From an uncultured Rickettsiales bacterium (GTDB lineage: Bacteria > Pseudomonadota > Alphaproteobacteria > Rickettsiales > RI-342): a stretch of DNA of 64,000 nucleotides. Of the stretch, positions 18,662 through 28,098 are shown piece by piece. The position numbers and the translations under genes were made by a program. The notes beneath the pieces were generated by a model. It made no database searches, had not been told where the DNA came from, and saw nothing but the letters and a program-made list of their open reading frames with translations. The stretch spans positions 14,686-78,685 of the forward strand of contig CAYSXY010000004.1 of NCBI GenBank assembly GCA_964435165.1. Reading direction: 5' to 3'. Position 1 is the stretch's first letter. Each line of letters opens with the position of its first letter.

Positions 18662-19342
18662 ATGCACGGATTCCTCAAACAAGCGGTGAAATCAAGGCCG
18701 GACTATGCCGCGTTGCTCGTGTCTCTTTACCTTGTGTTGCTGGCATTTTTCATCATGCTGGTAGCCATGTCGGAATTCGACATCACAAAACAAGATAAAG
18801 CGGTGGCGAGTCTGCAAGATACATTTGCCATCTCTCGCCAGATTCAGACATTAGAATACATGCCCAGTCCAGGGCTCGAAGTGCTGGTGCAGGAATTATT
18901 CGCCGAACTGCGCGACACGGTGGCACTGCTGATGCCGTTGAAAAAACTGGAGGTGATCGAGCATCATGATGAACTGATGATTATGGTCCCCATGGAGCAA
19001 CTCTTCGCGCGCGACAGCACGGCTATTCAACCACAGAAACAACCCTATCTGCGGCAGCTCAGTGAGCTCTTAAAGCGCTGGCAGTATGAGCTGATGATTG
19101 ACATGGATATCGTCCTCGGCACAACGAACATTGATCCCGCCCCGACCGCACAGGATGTGAGTGTTGGGCGCGCTGGTGAGATCGCCCGGTTTTTTTTGGA
19201 TAGTGGCCTGCCAAAATCGCAGATCGCCGTTGGTATTGCGGATAGTGAACCGAAGATGATCACATTTTCTTTTTTTGTACGCGGCGCGGCGGAGCCCTTT
19301 CTGCCTCACGGTGTGAGCGGAGCCGGTGATGGCACGCCGTAA
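18662..19342 (+). CDS. MotB-like protein with a degenerate TM segment and OmpA-like domain
   Basis: TM LLVSLYLVLLAFFIMLV resembles the MotB TM, but the Asp sits about 4 residues further from the FF pair than in the next gene. The C-terminal peptidoglycan-binding motifs are weak. Confidence 0.5.
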   Translation: MHGFLKQAVKSRPDYAALLVSLYLVLLAFFIMLVAMSEFDITKQDKAVASLQDTFAISRQIQTLEYMPSPGLEVLVQELFAELRDTVALLMPLKKLEVIEHHDELMIMVPMEQLFARDSTAIQPQKQPYLRQLSELLKRWQYELMIDMDIVLGTTNIDPAPTAQDVSVGRAGEIARFFLDSGLPKSQIAVGIADSEPKMITFSFFVRGAAEPFLPHGVSGAGDGTP

Positions 19343-20213
19343 ACCCTCCAACCAGGACGATCCGCTTGCCGCATTGCTGGAACAGCATGCCGATGATGCA
19401 TTCTTTGATCATATGATGGAACAGACAGATGAACTGTTTGAAGATGACTATCTGGATGAACAAGATGACTATCGCATGCCGGTGGCAACACTGTCAGCCG
19501 AGTCCGCTTTTGTGCTGCCGCATACCGATGCCAGCGGTCACAGCAACCAATGGATGATCACACTGGCTGATTTGCTGGCGCTGGTGCTGACCTTTTTTGT
19601 GTTACTCTATTCCATGTCAACCATTAAGCAGGATGAATGGGTAGAGGTGGTGACTTCACTATCGCAGCGCCTGAACCCTCAGCGCATTATTGGAGAGCCA
19701 GTGCCAACTGAAACGCTCAATACGCCCGGGCGGCAACTCACGCCCGGCCTGAACCTGGATTATCTTTATGCGGTAGTGAACGAAAAGATTCGACGCAATG
19801 CCAAGCTGGAAGCAACGTTGAGACAGGCTGACGACCGGCTGATTCTGTCACTGAGCAGTGATGTTTATTTCGGCAGCGGCACGGCGACGCTTCGAGCAGA
19901 CACCCGATCCGTACTGCTCGACCTGGCTGACAGTCTTCGTAACATACCTAACCAGATTGATGTCTATGGACATACTGACCCGAACCCGATCACTACGACG
20001 GCCTACCCTTCAAACTGGGAACTTTCCCTTTCCCGGGCTTCAACGATTGCGGCCTTGTTGACGGCAGGTGGCTACACAAGCCCTATTCGCTGTTATGGCA
20101 TGGCAGATGCCGCCTATCGTGAAATTCCACAAGACTTGAATCCACAAGAACGATATAGATTATCTCGCCGGGTTGATATCGTTATTCGCTATCATACACC
20201 GGCACAGCCTTAG
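19326..20213 (+). CDS. MotB/OmpA-family flagellar stator-like protein
   Basis: WMITLADLLALVLTFFVLL carries the canonical MotB Asp-containing TM. C-terminal OmpA-like region VYGHTD...NWELSLSRASTIAALL...RRVDIVI. Confidence 0.75.
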   Translation: MMARRKPSNQDDPLAALLEQHADDAFFDHMMEQTDELFEDDYLDEQDDYRMPVATLSAESAFVLPHTDASGHSNQWMITLADLLALVLTFFVLLYSMSTIKQDEWVEVVTSLSQRLNPQRIIGEPVPTETLNTPGRQLTPGLNLDYLYAVVNEKIRRNAKLEATLRQADDRLILSLSSDVYFGSGTATLRADTRSVLLDLADSLRNIPNQIDVYGHTDPNPITTTAYPSNWELSLSRASTIAALLTAGGYTSPIRCYGMADAAYREIPQDLNPQERYRLSRRVDIVIRYHTPAQP

Positions 20214-20232
20214 ATAGTATCGTCACGAGATG
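20210..20232 (+). promoter_or_regulatory. Copy 3 of the shared upstream motif
   Basis: ttagatagtatcgtcacgagatg is 21/23 identical to 13970-13992. It spans the motB-like stop codon and ends 5 nt before the 20237 start. Confidence 0.3.
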
Positions 20233-20236
20233 CGAT

Positions 20237-23200
20237 ATGAAGCGGGGGAGAATGATCGCAGGCATACGGGCCGTGACAATCGGATGGCTGGTAGCAGCTA
20301 TATGCCTGCTTGCCAGCACTGCTTATGCCATGGTGACGCCAGGCATCAACGCCAGCATGGTCGGGAATTACGGGCGCATTATGTTTCAATGGCCCCAGCC
20401 CGTACAATTACAAACCAGCACGAATGGTAACCGGCTGACCGTCCAGTTCAGCGAGCCCGTTGCGATCAATCCATCCGTTATCACAGAGCCGTTAGAGAGC
20501 CTCATTACCGCTGCGTCGCTATCCGATGACGGGCGCGAGCTCATCCTTACCATGACCGGCAACTATCGCGTGCGTAGCTTTATCAGCAACCGCACGGCAG
20601 GGATTGATATTATGCGCCCTGCCAGCGCCAGCCTGACGCCGATTCGCGACCGACAACAGCCATCCACGGCGAGAGTCAATGAGGTTGAAAGTGCCGATCT
20701 GACACCACCAGGTGGTGCCGGTGCCCGCACAGTGATTAATGACATCTATGCCTCGACCGCTCAGCAGGCGGAAAATGTCGTGGTACGATCTACTGTGATG
20801 GGTAATACAGCCAAACTGATTTTTGAATGGCCCTCTAGCGTCAGTTATCGCGCATTTCAGCGCTCCGACCGCTTATTGATTGAATTCAACCGCTCGGCCC
20901 CCTCCCTGCCACCAACCATGGACAGCGAATTGCGCCGTTTTATCACCACACTTTCCAGCCGCACCCTGGGTGGTCACTTAATCTACACCCTCACCTTTCC
21001 GGAATCGGTGAATGTGTCGCATCGAAAGGAAGGGACGTTTGTGGTGGTTGATCTGGTTCGAAGCGATGCCGCAGTATCACGAAAAGCTGAAGTTACACCA
21101 ATAGCTCGCCCGCCCCAATCACCTTCCGTGCCTCCTGCACCAGCGACACCAGCAGAGCGTCGAGCGCCACCCGCTTCCGCCCCATCATCTCAACCTGTTG
21201 TCGCCGGGCGTGACGCGCGTTTTCCCATCCCCGCCGCTAAACCGAATGTGCCGGATCGGCGTTTTCAATCCGCTGAACAGGAACTCGCCGCGCCGGTGGC
21301 TGACGTAGCCGTTGCCGACCAGCGGGCACCGACGATTGTCAGCAGTAATAATAAAGTGGCACTCAGGCCAAGCCTTAACGTGAGCGAAGATGGGGTTGAA
21401 CTGGTCTTTGACTGGCCGGTGCCCGTCAACGCGGTTGCCTTTTCACGCAATGGTACAGGCTGGATCGCGTTTGATCGACCAAGCCGCCTGAGCCTGCTTG
21501 ATCTTAACCGGGCAAATGATCTTGTGGGACAGTTTCAATCCATCCCACATGAGCAATATACGATTCTACGTTTTTCCAACCCTGAGAATATGGCCATGCA
21601 GGCGCGCCGCAGCGAAAATGAATGGCGATTTTTGCTGCGCGAACAGCCACAAACACGCCCGATTCGTGTGGAATTACGATCCGAATCCTCAGCGGCAACG
21701 CACCTATTCATTCCGATGACACATTATGGTGATCCCGTCATTGTCACTGATCCTGATATTGGTGACCGGCTGGTTATGGTGCCGGTTGGCAAAGCCGGCT
21801 TTGGCATGCGCCCTCGCCGCCAGTTTATTGAAGCAACCCTACCCCAAACAGACCAGGGGGTCGTAGTGATTCCGGCCTCTGATGAAATCACCGTCCAGCC
21901 CTTACGCTCCGGAGTACGCATCATCAGCCCTTACGGGTTACAGATCAGCCCCAATCTTCCCATGCCTGAAGCTGTTATCTTTGATGATTACCTGGAGACA
22001 GGAACATTCTTCCCGGCGGATCGATGGAAAACCTCGGAGGATAGTGACTTTTTCACGTTACGCTCCGCCCTGCTGCAGGATATGGCGGCGCAACTGCGCG
22101 AAGACCCACCCAGCGCGGAGCAGATTCGTGCGGCGAATGCGTTTCGTTTGCGACTGGCCCAGCTTTACATGGCCGAAGATTTATATATGGAAGCACTGTC
22201 ACAATTAGAACGGATTGAGCAGACCGATCCGGTTTTCGCCCTGCAGCGCCGTGTTCCGGCGCTGCGCGGTATGGCATTGTTTATGCGTGATCGCTATCAG
22301 GAAGCGCATGATGCCTTCAATCACACTGAGTTATCGGACTTTGCCGAGACGGCCTTATGGCAAAAACTGATGCGTATTGCCAAAGGCGAATGGAAACCTC
22401 GCTTGAAGCTGGATAAGGCTGAATCCGGCTTTATCCAGCGCTATTCACCCGCCATGCGGCGCAAGCTGGCATTTCTGCTGGCTGAAAAATATATTGAAGA
22501 CCGCAACCATACGCGCGCCATCAGCACGATTGATCGCCTGCGCACGGATGGTCTGCTCGACGGACATGAAGAGCTGGCGCAATATTATTTCGGGCTCATC
22601 GGTGAGAAAAACAGACGCATCCGGCAGGCTGTGGAAATGTGGGTGCCACTGATGACCCGGTTTGATAATCCGTATGTTCGGGCGCGCGCGACCCTTGACC
22701 TGACCGAGATGCAGTTTCAGCAGGAAATGATCGACGAAGAGGAGGCTATCAGCCGTCTGGAGCGCATTCGCTATGCCTGGCGCGGGGATGGGCTGGAACA
22801 GGATATTTTGCGGGTGCTCGGCCAGCTTTATGTTGACGCAGGCCGCACCGTTGACGGGCTACGTACCTGGCGCGAGTTGGTGACCCTGTTCCCGGAATCA
22901 GAGGCCGGACAAAAAGTGGCCCGGCTGATGACGGATGTTTTTATTGATTTATTTAATCGTGGCGGAGCCGACAACCTTTCTCCTTTAGAAGCACTGACGC
23001 TCTATTATGAATTTCGCGAATTGACACCGCTCGGTGACGAAGGAGATATTATGATTCAGGGGCTGGCCGACCGGCTGGTCGAGGTGGATTTGCTGCAGCG
23101 TGCCGCCGGCCTGTTGACGCACCAGGTGCGCTATCGCCTTGCCGGTGAAGATCAATCGCGTGTCGGTGCCAGATTGGCGACCATTCATCTGATGAATCTG

Positions 23201-23737
23201 CGGCCTGATCTAGCAATCGAAGTGCTTCAAAATACCTATGCGCGCGATATTTCACCCACATTGCGGCAAACGCGGCTCCATTTGCTGGCGCAGGGCCTGC
23301 AACAGGTGGGAGAATATGACAAGGCGCTTGCAGTGCTGGAAGGAGATGCCACCCCTGAGGGCAGACAGCTAACGCTCGAGACCTTGTGGCAAAAACAGGG
23401 CTGGCCGCAAACAGTCAATTATCTTACCCGTTTGCTGCAAGGAACAGACACCTCGCAAGCCGTGACGGATCAGCAGGCGGAATATATCTTAAAGCTGGCA
23501 CTCGCCCAGCAATTTGACGGTGACTCATCTGCGCTACAGGCGACGAGAATGCGTTTTCTACCCATGATGCAGGACTCGGAGTATGCAGAAAGCTTTGATT
23601 TTCTCACCACAGCATTTAATGACATTAATCATACAACCTTGAGCCGGGTTGAAAGTGTCATCGCTCGTTTTGACGGCTTCATGGATACATTCCGCCAGCA
23701 GATAAAAGAGGAAGGGCTGAGTACCGCCATTGAATAA
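20237..23737 (+). CDS. Large (1166 aa) secreted protein: three repeated N-terminal beta modules, a Pro-rich linker and a helical/TPR-like C-terminal half
   Basis: Signal peptide. Recurring modules GRIMFQWPQPVQL..RLTVQF, AKLIFEWPSSVSY..RLLIEF and VELVFDWPVPVNA..GWIAF. PPAPATPAERRAPPASAPS linker. Long alpha-helical repeat region. Confidence 0.6.
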   Translation: MKRGRMIAGIRAVTIGWLVAAICLLASTAYAMVTPGINASMVGNYGRIMFQWPQPVQLQTSTNGNRLTVQFSEPVAINPSVITEPLESLITAASLSDDGRELILTMTGNYRVRSFISNRTAGIDIMRPASASLTPIRDRQQPSTARVNEVESADLTPPGGAGARTVINDIYASTAQQAENVVVRSTVMGNTAKLIFEWPSSVSYRAFQRSDRLLIEFNRSAPSLPPTMDSELRRFITTLSSRTLGGHLIYTLTFPESVNVSHRKEGTFVVVDLVRSDAAVSRKAEVTPIARPPQSPSVPPAPATPAERRAPPASAPSSQPVVAGRDARFPIPAAKPNVPDRRFQSAEQELAAPVADVAVADQRAPTIVSSNNKVALRPSLNVSEDGVELVFDWPVPVNAVAFSRNGTGWIAFDRPSRLSLLDLNRANDLVGQFQSIPHEQYTILRFSNPENMAMQARRSENEWRFLLREQPQTRPIRVELRSESSAATHLFIPMTHYGDPVIVTDPDIGDRLVMVPVGKAGFGMRPRRQFIEATLPQTDQGVVVIPASDEITVQPLRSGVRIISPYGLQISPNLPMPEAVIFDDYLETGTFFPADRWKTSEDSDFFTLRSALLQDMAAQLREDPPSAEQIRAANAFRLRLAQLYMAEDLYMEALSQLERIEQTDPVFALQRRVPALRGMALFMRDRYQEAHDAFNHTELSDFAETALWQKLMRIAKGEWKPRLKLDKAESGFIQRYSPAMRRKLAFLLAEKYIEDRNHTRAISTIDRLRTDGLLDGHEELAQYYFGLIGEKNRRIRQAVEMWVPLMTRFDNPYVRARATLDLTEMQFQQEMIDEEEAISRLERIRYAWRGDGLEQDILRVLGQLYVDAGRTVDGLRTWRELVTLFPESEAGQKVARLMTDVFIDLFNRGGADNLSPLEALTLYYEFRELTPLGDEGDIMIQGLADRLVEVDLLQRAAGLLTHQVRYRLAGEDQSRVGARLATIHLMNLRPDLAIEVLQNTYARDISPTLRQTRLHLLAQGLQQVGEYDKALAVLEGDATPEGRQLTLETLWQKQGWPQTVNYLTRLLQGTDTSQAVTDQQAEYILKLALAQQFDGDSSALQATRMRFLPMMQDSEYAESFDFLTTAFNDINHTTLSRVESVIARFDGFMDTFRQQIKEEGLSTAIE

Positions 23738-23855
23738 ACTGCCCTGGCTGGCGATATTTGCCATATGCATGTGCCTATTTCTTATTGTCACCTCTCAGAA
23801 TATGGGTAATAGTGCGCGTTACATAATTATATTCTAAAAGCTGAGGGGTAGCATT

Positions 23856-24476
23856 ATGAAAACATTTCGTATTAAATCCGGCGTCTGCGCGCTGGCACTT
23901 ATGGCTCTGGCCATGCCGACCGGCAGTTATGCCGATGGTGTCTCGCAACGCGATGCCGTCGTCGATCATATGAACCGCCCTGTGATGGATGCGCGAGGCA
24001 ATTGCGTACGCACACAGTGGATTCGTGGCCATAATGCCTGCAGCAATCCTGCGCCGGCACCAGTTAGCTCTTCGGTCAAACCAAATATGCCTTCCGCACG
24101 CTACCTGCAACGTGAAGACCGTACCGTTCTGTTTGAATTTGGCAGCGCCCGCCTGACATCTGATGCAAAACAACGGCTTGATGAATTAGCCCGGAAGCTC
24201 AAAAAATCAGATGATGTGATTCGTGCAAATATTGTTGGCTTCGCTGACCCAATCGGCTCGCGTCAGGCTAATCACCGTCTGTCCGAGCGCCGTGCCAACG
24301 CGGTGAAAGACTATCTCGCCTCCAAAGGATACGTCAATACGCGCGTCGCCAAGGTACGTGGCATGGGCGAAAGCAAGCCGGTGAGCCAGTGCAGCATGCA
24401 AAAGCCACGCAGTGAACTGATTCAATGCCTGGCCAATGATCGCCGCGTTGAAGTAGAGCTCGACTTTTACAAATAA
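23856..24476 (+). CDS. OmpA-family peptidoglycan-associated protein
   Basis: Signal peptide plus OmpA_C motifs FEFGSARL, VGFADPIGSRQANHRLSERRANAV and RRVEVEL. Confidence 0.85.
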   Translation: MKTFRIKSGVCALALMALAMPTGSYADGVSQRDAVVDHMNRPVMDARGNCVRTQWIRGHNACSNPAPAPVSSSVKPNMPSARYLQREDRTVLFEFGSARLTSDAKQRLDELARKLKKSDDVIRANIVGFADPIGSRQANHRLSERRANAVKDYLASKGYVNTRVAKVRGMGESKPVSQCSMQKPRSELIQCLANDRRVEVELDFYK

Positions 24477-24502
24477 GCGCAATCATTATTGACGGATTGC
24501 CA

Positions 24503-24536
24503 AGCCGCCCGGATTCATCTCCGGGCGGCTTTTTTG
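24503..24536 (+). terminator. Rho-independent terminator between convergent genes
   Basis: agccgcccgga / tccgggcggct is an 11-bp GC-rich stem, followed by TTTTTTG. Confidence 0.8.
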
Positions 24537-25898
24537 TTATTTCACGCCTTTTTCAACAGCCTCAATCATCGCTCCGGCAATATCGATGCCGGTAATGGCT
24601 TCAATCCCTTCCAATCCGGGAGATGAATTAATTTCCAGAATTTTGGGCCCGTTAGACGAACGGATAATATCAACACCCGCCACATGCAGCCCCAGCAATT
24701 TTGTTGCTTGCAGCGCCATACGGCGTTCTTCCGCTGTAATTTTAATGCTTGAAGCAGACCCGCCTAAATGCAGATTGGCGCGAAATTCTCCTTCCATCGC
24801 CTGTCGCTGGATCGCACCAACCACCTTGTTGCCAATGACAAAGCAGCGAATATCCATACCTTTCGCTTCTTTGATAAACTCCTGAACGAGAATATCCGCT
24901 TGCAGGCTTTTGAAGGCATTAATCACACTCTCTGCCGCTTTTTGCGTCTCCGCCAACACCACGCCGCGCCCCTGGGCTCCTTCCAAAAGCTTGACCACGA
25001 GCGGCGCCCCGCCCACCATCTCGATCAGATCTTTGGTATCGAGCGGCGATTGCGCAAAACCGGTGACCGGCATGTTCACGCCTTTTTTTGCTAACATCTG
25101 CAAGGTACGCAGCTTGTCGCGCGAGCGTTGGATGGCGATGGAATCGTTCAGGCAAAATGCCCCGGTGGTATGAAACTGGCGGGTGACGGCGCAGCCATAA
25201 AAGGTTTGAGATGGGCGAATGCGCGGAATAACGGCATCGATATTTTCCAGCACTTCACCGCCACGATAATGCACTTCAGGATTACTGGCGCTGATATTCA
25301 TGTAGCAGTGACGCAGATTAACAAAACGCATTTTGTGGCCGCGCTGCTCGCCCGCTTCAATCAAGCGGCGATTGGAGTATAAATCCGGGTTGCTGGCCAA
25401 CACGATGATATTCAGTTTATGAACCGTGGTTTTTTTCACATCGTAATACTGACGTAGTTCCTGATCCGAGACATTGCCCTGGCATAATGCGGCTTCAGGA
25501 TCAATCAGCACCCGGCCTTCCATGGCCTGCCGCCCAAGCAGCATGCGGTATCCCATCGCATCGCGATTGGTGAGCGTCACTTCAATATCCCACTGATGCT
25601 CACCCAGCTTCATGCGCGTCATAATGACCGGGCGTTGTTCACTATGCCCGCTCGAACTACGCACTTCGCGGTGATCAACCAGCGGCGCTTCGCAACTAAT
25701 TGATATTTTTCGGTTCTTTTGAATTGGGTGCAGGTTAAAGATCGCGTAATCCCGGCCGTCGCGCTCAGCATAGCGGATATTAAAGGCATGAAGTGAGGAG
25801 GTTTTCGCTCCCGAATCCACACGCATTTTGATGGCTGCAATGCCAAGTTCCGGCAATGCGGCCCATTCCTCACGTCCGAGAATGATCTTATCCTGCAT
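24537..25898 (-). CDS. rimK: RimK-type ATP-grasp alpha-L-glutamate ligase fused to an N-terminal retropepsin-like (RimB/COG4067) domain
   Basis: N-terminus [32 protein letters not shown] carries the D-S-G-A aspartic protease motif. The C-terminal 300 aa are an ATP-grasp with the RimK pattern ([25 protein letters not shown]). The start is set at the ATG preceded by GGAGGA. Confidence 0.85.
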   Translation of the reverse strand: MQDKIILGREEWAALPELGIAAIKMRVDSGAKTSSLHAFNIRYAERDGRDYAIFNLHPIQKNRKISISCEAPLVDHREVRSSSGHSEQRPVIMTRMKLGEHQWDIEVTLTNRDAMGYRMLLGRQAMEGRVLIDPEAALCQGNVSDQELRQYYDVKKTTVHKLNIIVLASNPDLYSNRRLIEAGEQRGHKMRFVNLRHCYMNISASNPEVHYRGGEVLENIDAVIPRIRPSQTFYGCAVTRQFHTTGAFCLNDSIAIQRSRDKLRTLQMLAKKGVNMPVTGFAQSPLDTKDLIEMVGGAPLVVKLLEGAQGRGVVLAETQKAAESVINAFKSLQADILVQEFIKEAKGMDIRCFVIGNKVVGAIQRQAMEGEFRANLHLGGSASSIKITAEERRMALQATKLLGLHVAGVDIIRSSNGPKILEINSSPGLEGIEAITGIDIAGAMIEAVEKGVK

Positions 25899-25968
25899 GA
25901 TATCCTCCACTGTATCGTTTTGCGGCGGATAAATCAGTTTCGCGTCTCATGCAATGACAAAACCAGAG

Positions 25969-26712
25969 CTATAATGAAACGTTGAAACTCTCCACCAGCG
26001 ATCCGGCCAGCATATACCAGCCATCGACCATCACGAAAAAGATGAGCTTAAAGGGTAGCGAAATGAGGACGGGTGGCAGCATCATCATCCCCATCGACAT
26101 CAGCATGGAGGCAATGAACATATCAATGACCAAAAAGGGGATATAGACGAGGAAGCCGATCTCAAAGGCGCGTTTCAACTCGCTGATCATAAAGGCCGGA
26201 ATGAGAATACGAAACGGCGTATCTTCCGGTGCTTCCAGCTGCGGCACCGCTGCCATATCCATGAAAAGCTGCAAGTCACGTTCGCGCACATGGGCCAGCA
26301 TAAAGGTGTGGAAGGGTTTGCTCACCCGCTCCATCGCCTGCTGTTCGGTAATCTCCTCTTCGATCAGAGGAACTATTCCTTCGTAATAGGCCTTCTCGAA
26401 GGTCGGCATCATAATGAACAGGGTCAGAAACAAGGCAAGGCTGATCAGCACCATATTGGGTGGGGTCTGCTGCAGGCCGAGCGCGGTACGCAAAATTGCC
26501 AGCACCACAATAATGCGCACAAAGGACGTCACCATAATCAAAATGGATGGTGCCAGGCTGATGACGGTGATCAAGGCAATAATCTGAAAAATACGCGCTG
26601 TCGAGGAACCGCCATCACCCAAATCCAAAGACAGCGTTTGTGCCCCTGCTTCCATAGGCAGCAGCATTAAGCACAGAAGCCACACACCACCTTGCAACAG
26701 GCGCGAGATCAT
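25969..26712 (-). CDS. fliP: Flagellar type III export apparatus protein FliP
   Basis: Highly conserved FliP sequence (TSFVRIIVVLAILRTALGLQQTPPN, GFLVYIPFLVIDMFIASMLMSMGMMMLPP). Confidence 0.95.
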   Translation of the reverse strand: MISRLLQGGVWLLCLMLLPMEAGAQTLSLDLGDGGSSTARIFQIIALITVISLAPSILIMVTSFVRIIVVLAILRTALGLQQTPPNMVLISLALFLTLFIMMPTFEKAYYEGIVPLIEEEITEQQAMERVSKPFHTFMLAHVRERDLQLFMDMAAVPQLEAPEDTPFRILIPAFMISELKRAFEIGFLVYIPFLVIDMFIASMLMSMGMMMLPPVLISLPFKLIFFVMVDGWYMLAGSLVESFNVSL

Positions 26713-27020
26713 GTCTCCACCTTCATGGGCGGTGCCAGCTTAACAGACGTGCCTTTGGCTGACGGTGGAATATTCGATTCCACCAGGAGAGATTGCTGCG
26801 GCCCAATCAGAATCAGATGGCGCACCTCGCCACGCTGAATGAGGCATAAGCGATGTTTGGCATCGACCGGCAGGACTTCTTCAATGCTGAGTTCTTTGTC
26901 TTTGCGCACAGCAGCCAGGCCTCCCGGCATAAAGCGCCGGGCAATGATTGATACCACCCAGATCAATGCCAGAACAAACAGGAGCGCACCGGCAAAACGG
27001 TAGTAGTTGAGCAACTCCAT
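26709..27020 (-). CDS. fliO: Flagellar biosynthesis protein FliO
   Basis: 103 aa with a single TM helix and a C-terminal LCLIQRGEVRHLILIG motif. It overlaps the fliP start. Confidence 0.7.
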   Translation of the reverse strand: MELLNYYRFAGALLFVLALIWVVSIIARRFMPGGLAAVRKDKELSIEEVLPVDAKHRLCLIQRGEVRHLILIGPQQSLLVESNIPPSAKGTSVKLAPPMKVET

Positions 27021-27025
27021 CGGTG

Positions 27026-27400
27026 TCAGGCCTCATCAGTGGGCTTTTTGTCTTTTGACAAATGGCCTGCGGCCATATAGGCACGTGCAGCCTGTTTCTG
27101 GCGATTAAGACCCTCTATTTGCGTATGCAGACTGCCATGCTTCGAGACCAGCAGCTCCTGCAAGCCGCTTAACGCCGATAGCAATGCTTCCAGCCGCTCA
27201 ATGTAGGTTTGGGCGTCGCTGACGGGCATGGACGCAATGGCATGACAGAGTTGCGCCACCTGCTCGTCCAACCCGTCCAGATCAATCTCTTCCCCGGTCT
27301 GCAGATTCGACTGGCGTGCTTTCAGCAACTGTTCCAGCGCCACAAAACGGGCATCAATGTCTTTGGCCGTTAGTTGTGGCGGGTGCGGCGTGTCATTCAT
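27026..27400 (-). CDS. Hypothetical coiled-coil protein in the flagellar export operon
   Basis: The internal ATG (MNDTPHPP...) overlaps the upstream stop as ATGAATGA. The sequence is helical with no recognisable family. Confidence 0.5.
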   Translation of the reverse strand: MNDTPHPPQLTAKDIDARFVALEQLLKARQSNLQTGEEIDLDGLDEQVAQLCHAIASMPVSDAQTYIERLEALLSALSGLQELLVSKHGSLHTQIEGLNRQKQAARAYMAAGHLSKDKKPTDEA

Positions 27401-27818
27401 CGCCTGTCTCTCCTGCGCTCTCCCAATCTCCCCGGTCTGCCGAGGCGGCATGCCGGTTTTGCATCATGGTGGCGTTGCGTTGGCACGCCGATGCATTGGC
27501 ACGGTACACGTAAGAGAGGATTTCGGCAACGGCTACATAAGCTTCAACCGGGATCGGTATATCAATTTCCAGCGCAGAGAGCAGTTCGGCCAGATCGGCA
27601 TCCTCACGCACCTTAATGCCATGCATAAAGGCCAGTTCCACAATCTGCTCGGCAATGGCGCCTTTGCCTGCCGCCACCACACGAGGCACCTCCTTGGCCA
27701 TCTCATCGCGCGAGAGGGCCACGGCCACAGGGCGTGCCTTCACCTCTCCGGAGGAGGTGCTGCTATCCAGCATATTCAGCGGATTGTCTCCGCTGAGACT
27801 ATCCTCACCCATGATCAT
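27393..27818 (-). CDS. Stand-alone FlhB C-terminal-domain-like protein (EscU/YscU/HrcU family fragment paralog)
   Basis: AVALSRDEMAKEVPRVVAAGKGAIAEQIVELAFMHGIKVREDADLAELLSALEIDIPIPVEAYVAVAEILSYVY aligns with the post-cleavage part of FlhB (compare 32651-33775). It lacks the NPTH site. The start is uncertain (27818, 27812 or 27773). Confidence 0.7.
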   Translation of the reverse strand: MIMGEDSLSGDNPLNMLDSSTSSGEVKARPVAVALSRDEMAKEVPRVVAAGKGAIAEQIVELAFMHGIKVREDADLAELLSALEIDIPIPVEAYVAVAEILSYVYRANASACQRNATMMQNRHAASADRGDWESAGETGDE

Positions 27819-28098
27819 GGTCGGTATCGCCCAAGCCGAACGGGTCGCTTGCGTCGGCTTCATCTGCGCTTTCATCAAGGCTTAAGAAAGCCGCGAGATC
27901 ATCCTCGCCACTGCCGCCGACTGCCGCTGATATATTCTCATCTTTAATGGTGTCGTAGAGTTCTTTGCGCAGAATGCTGGCATCTTGTGGAAAGGTGAAG
28001 CCAAGCTTGGCCGTTTTGCCTTTGACTTCCACCAGCGTGACTTCAATCGTGTCGTTAATAATAATGGATTCGCCGATTTTGCGAGACAGGTAGAGCAT
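27805..28098 (-). CDS. csrA: CsrA-family RNA-binding translational regulator with an acidic C-terminal tail of about 40 aa
   Basis: MLYLSRKIGESIIINDTIEVTLVEVKGKTAKLGFTFPQDASILRKELY matches the CsrA fold signature (MLxLxRkxGEsixI...V..v.g..vrlG..aP....i.R.E.y). The tail is rich in D/E. Confidence 0.8.
   Translation of the reverse strand: MLYLSRKIGESIIINDTIEVTLVEVKGKTAKLGFTFPQDASILRKELYDTIKDENISAAVGGSGEDDLAAFLSLDESADEADASDPFGLGDTDHDHG

Noticed and set aside
27357-27947. 196-aa + strand ORF (and 27616-27885, 27374-27616)
   Set aside because: These are antisense to the csrA / FlhB-C-like / coiled-coil operon, which has recognisable family signatures and coupled start/stop overlaps.
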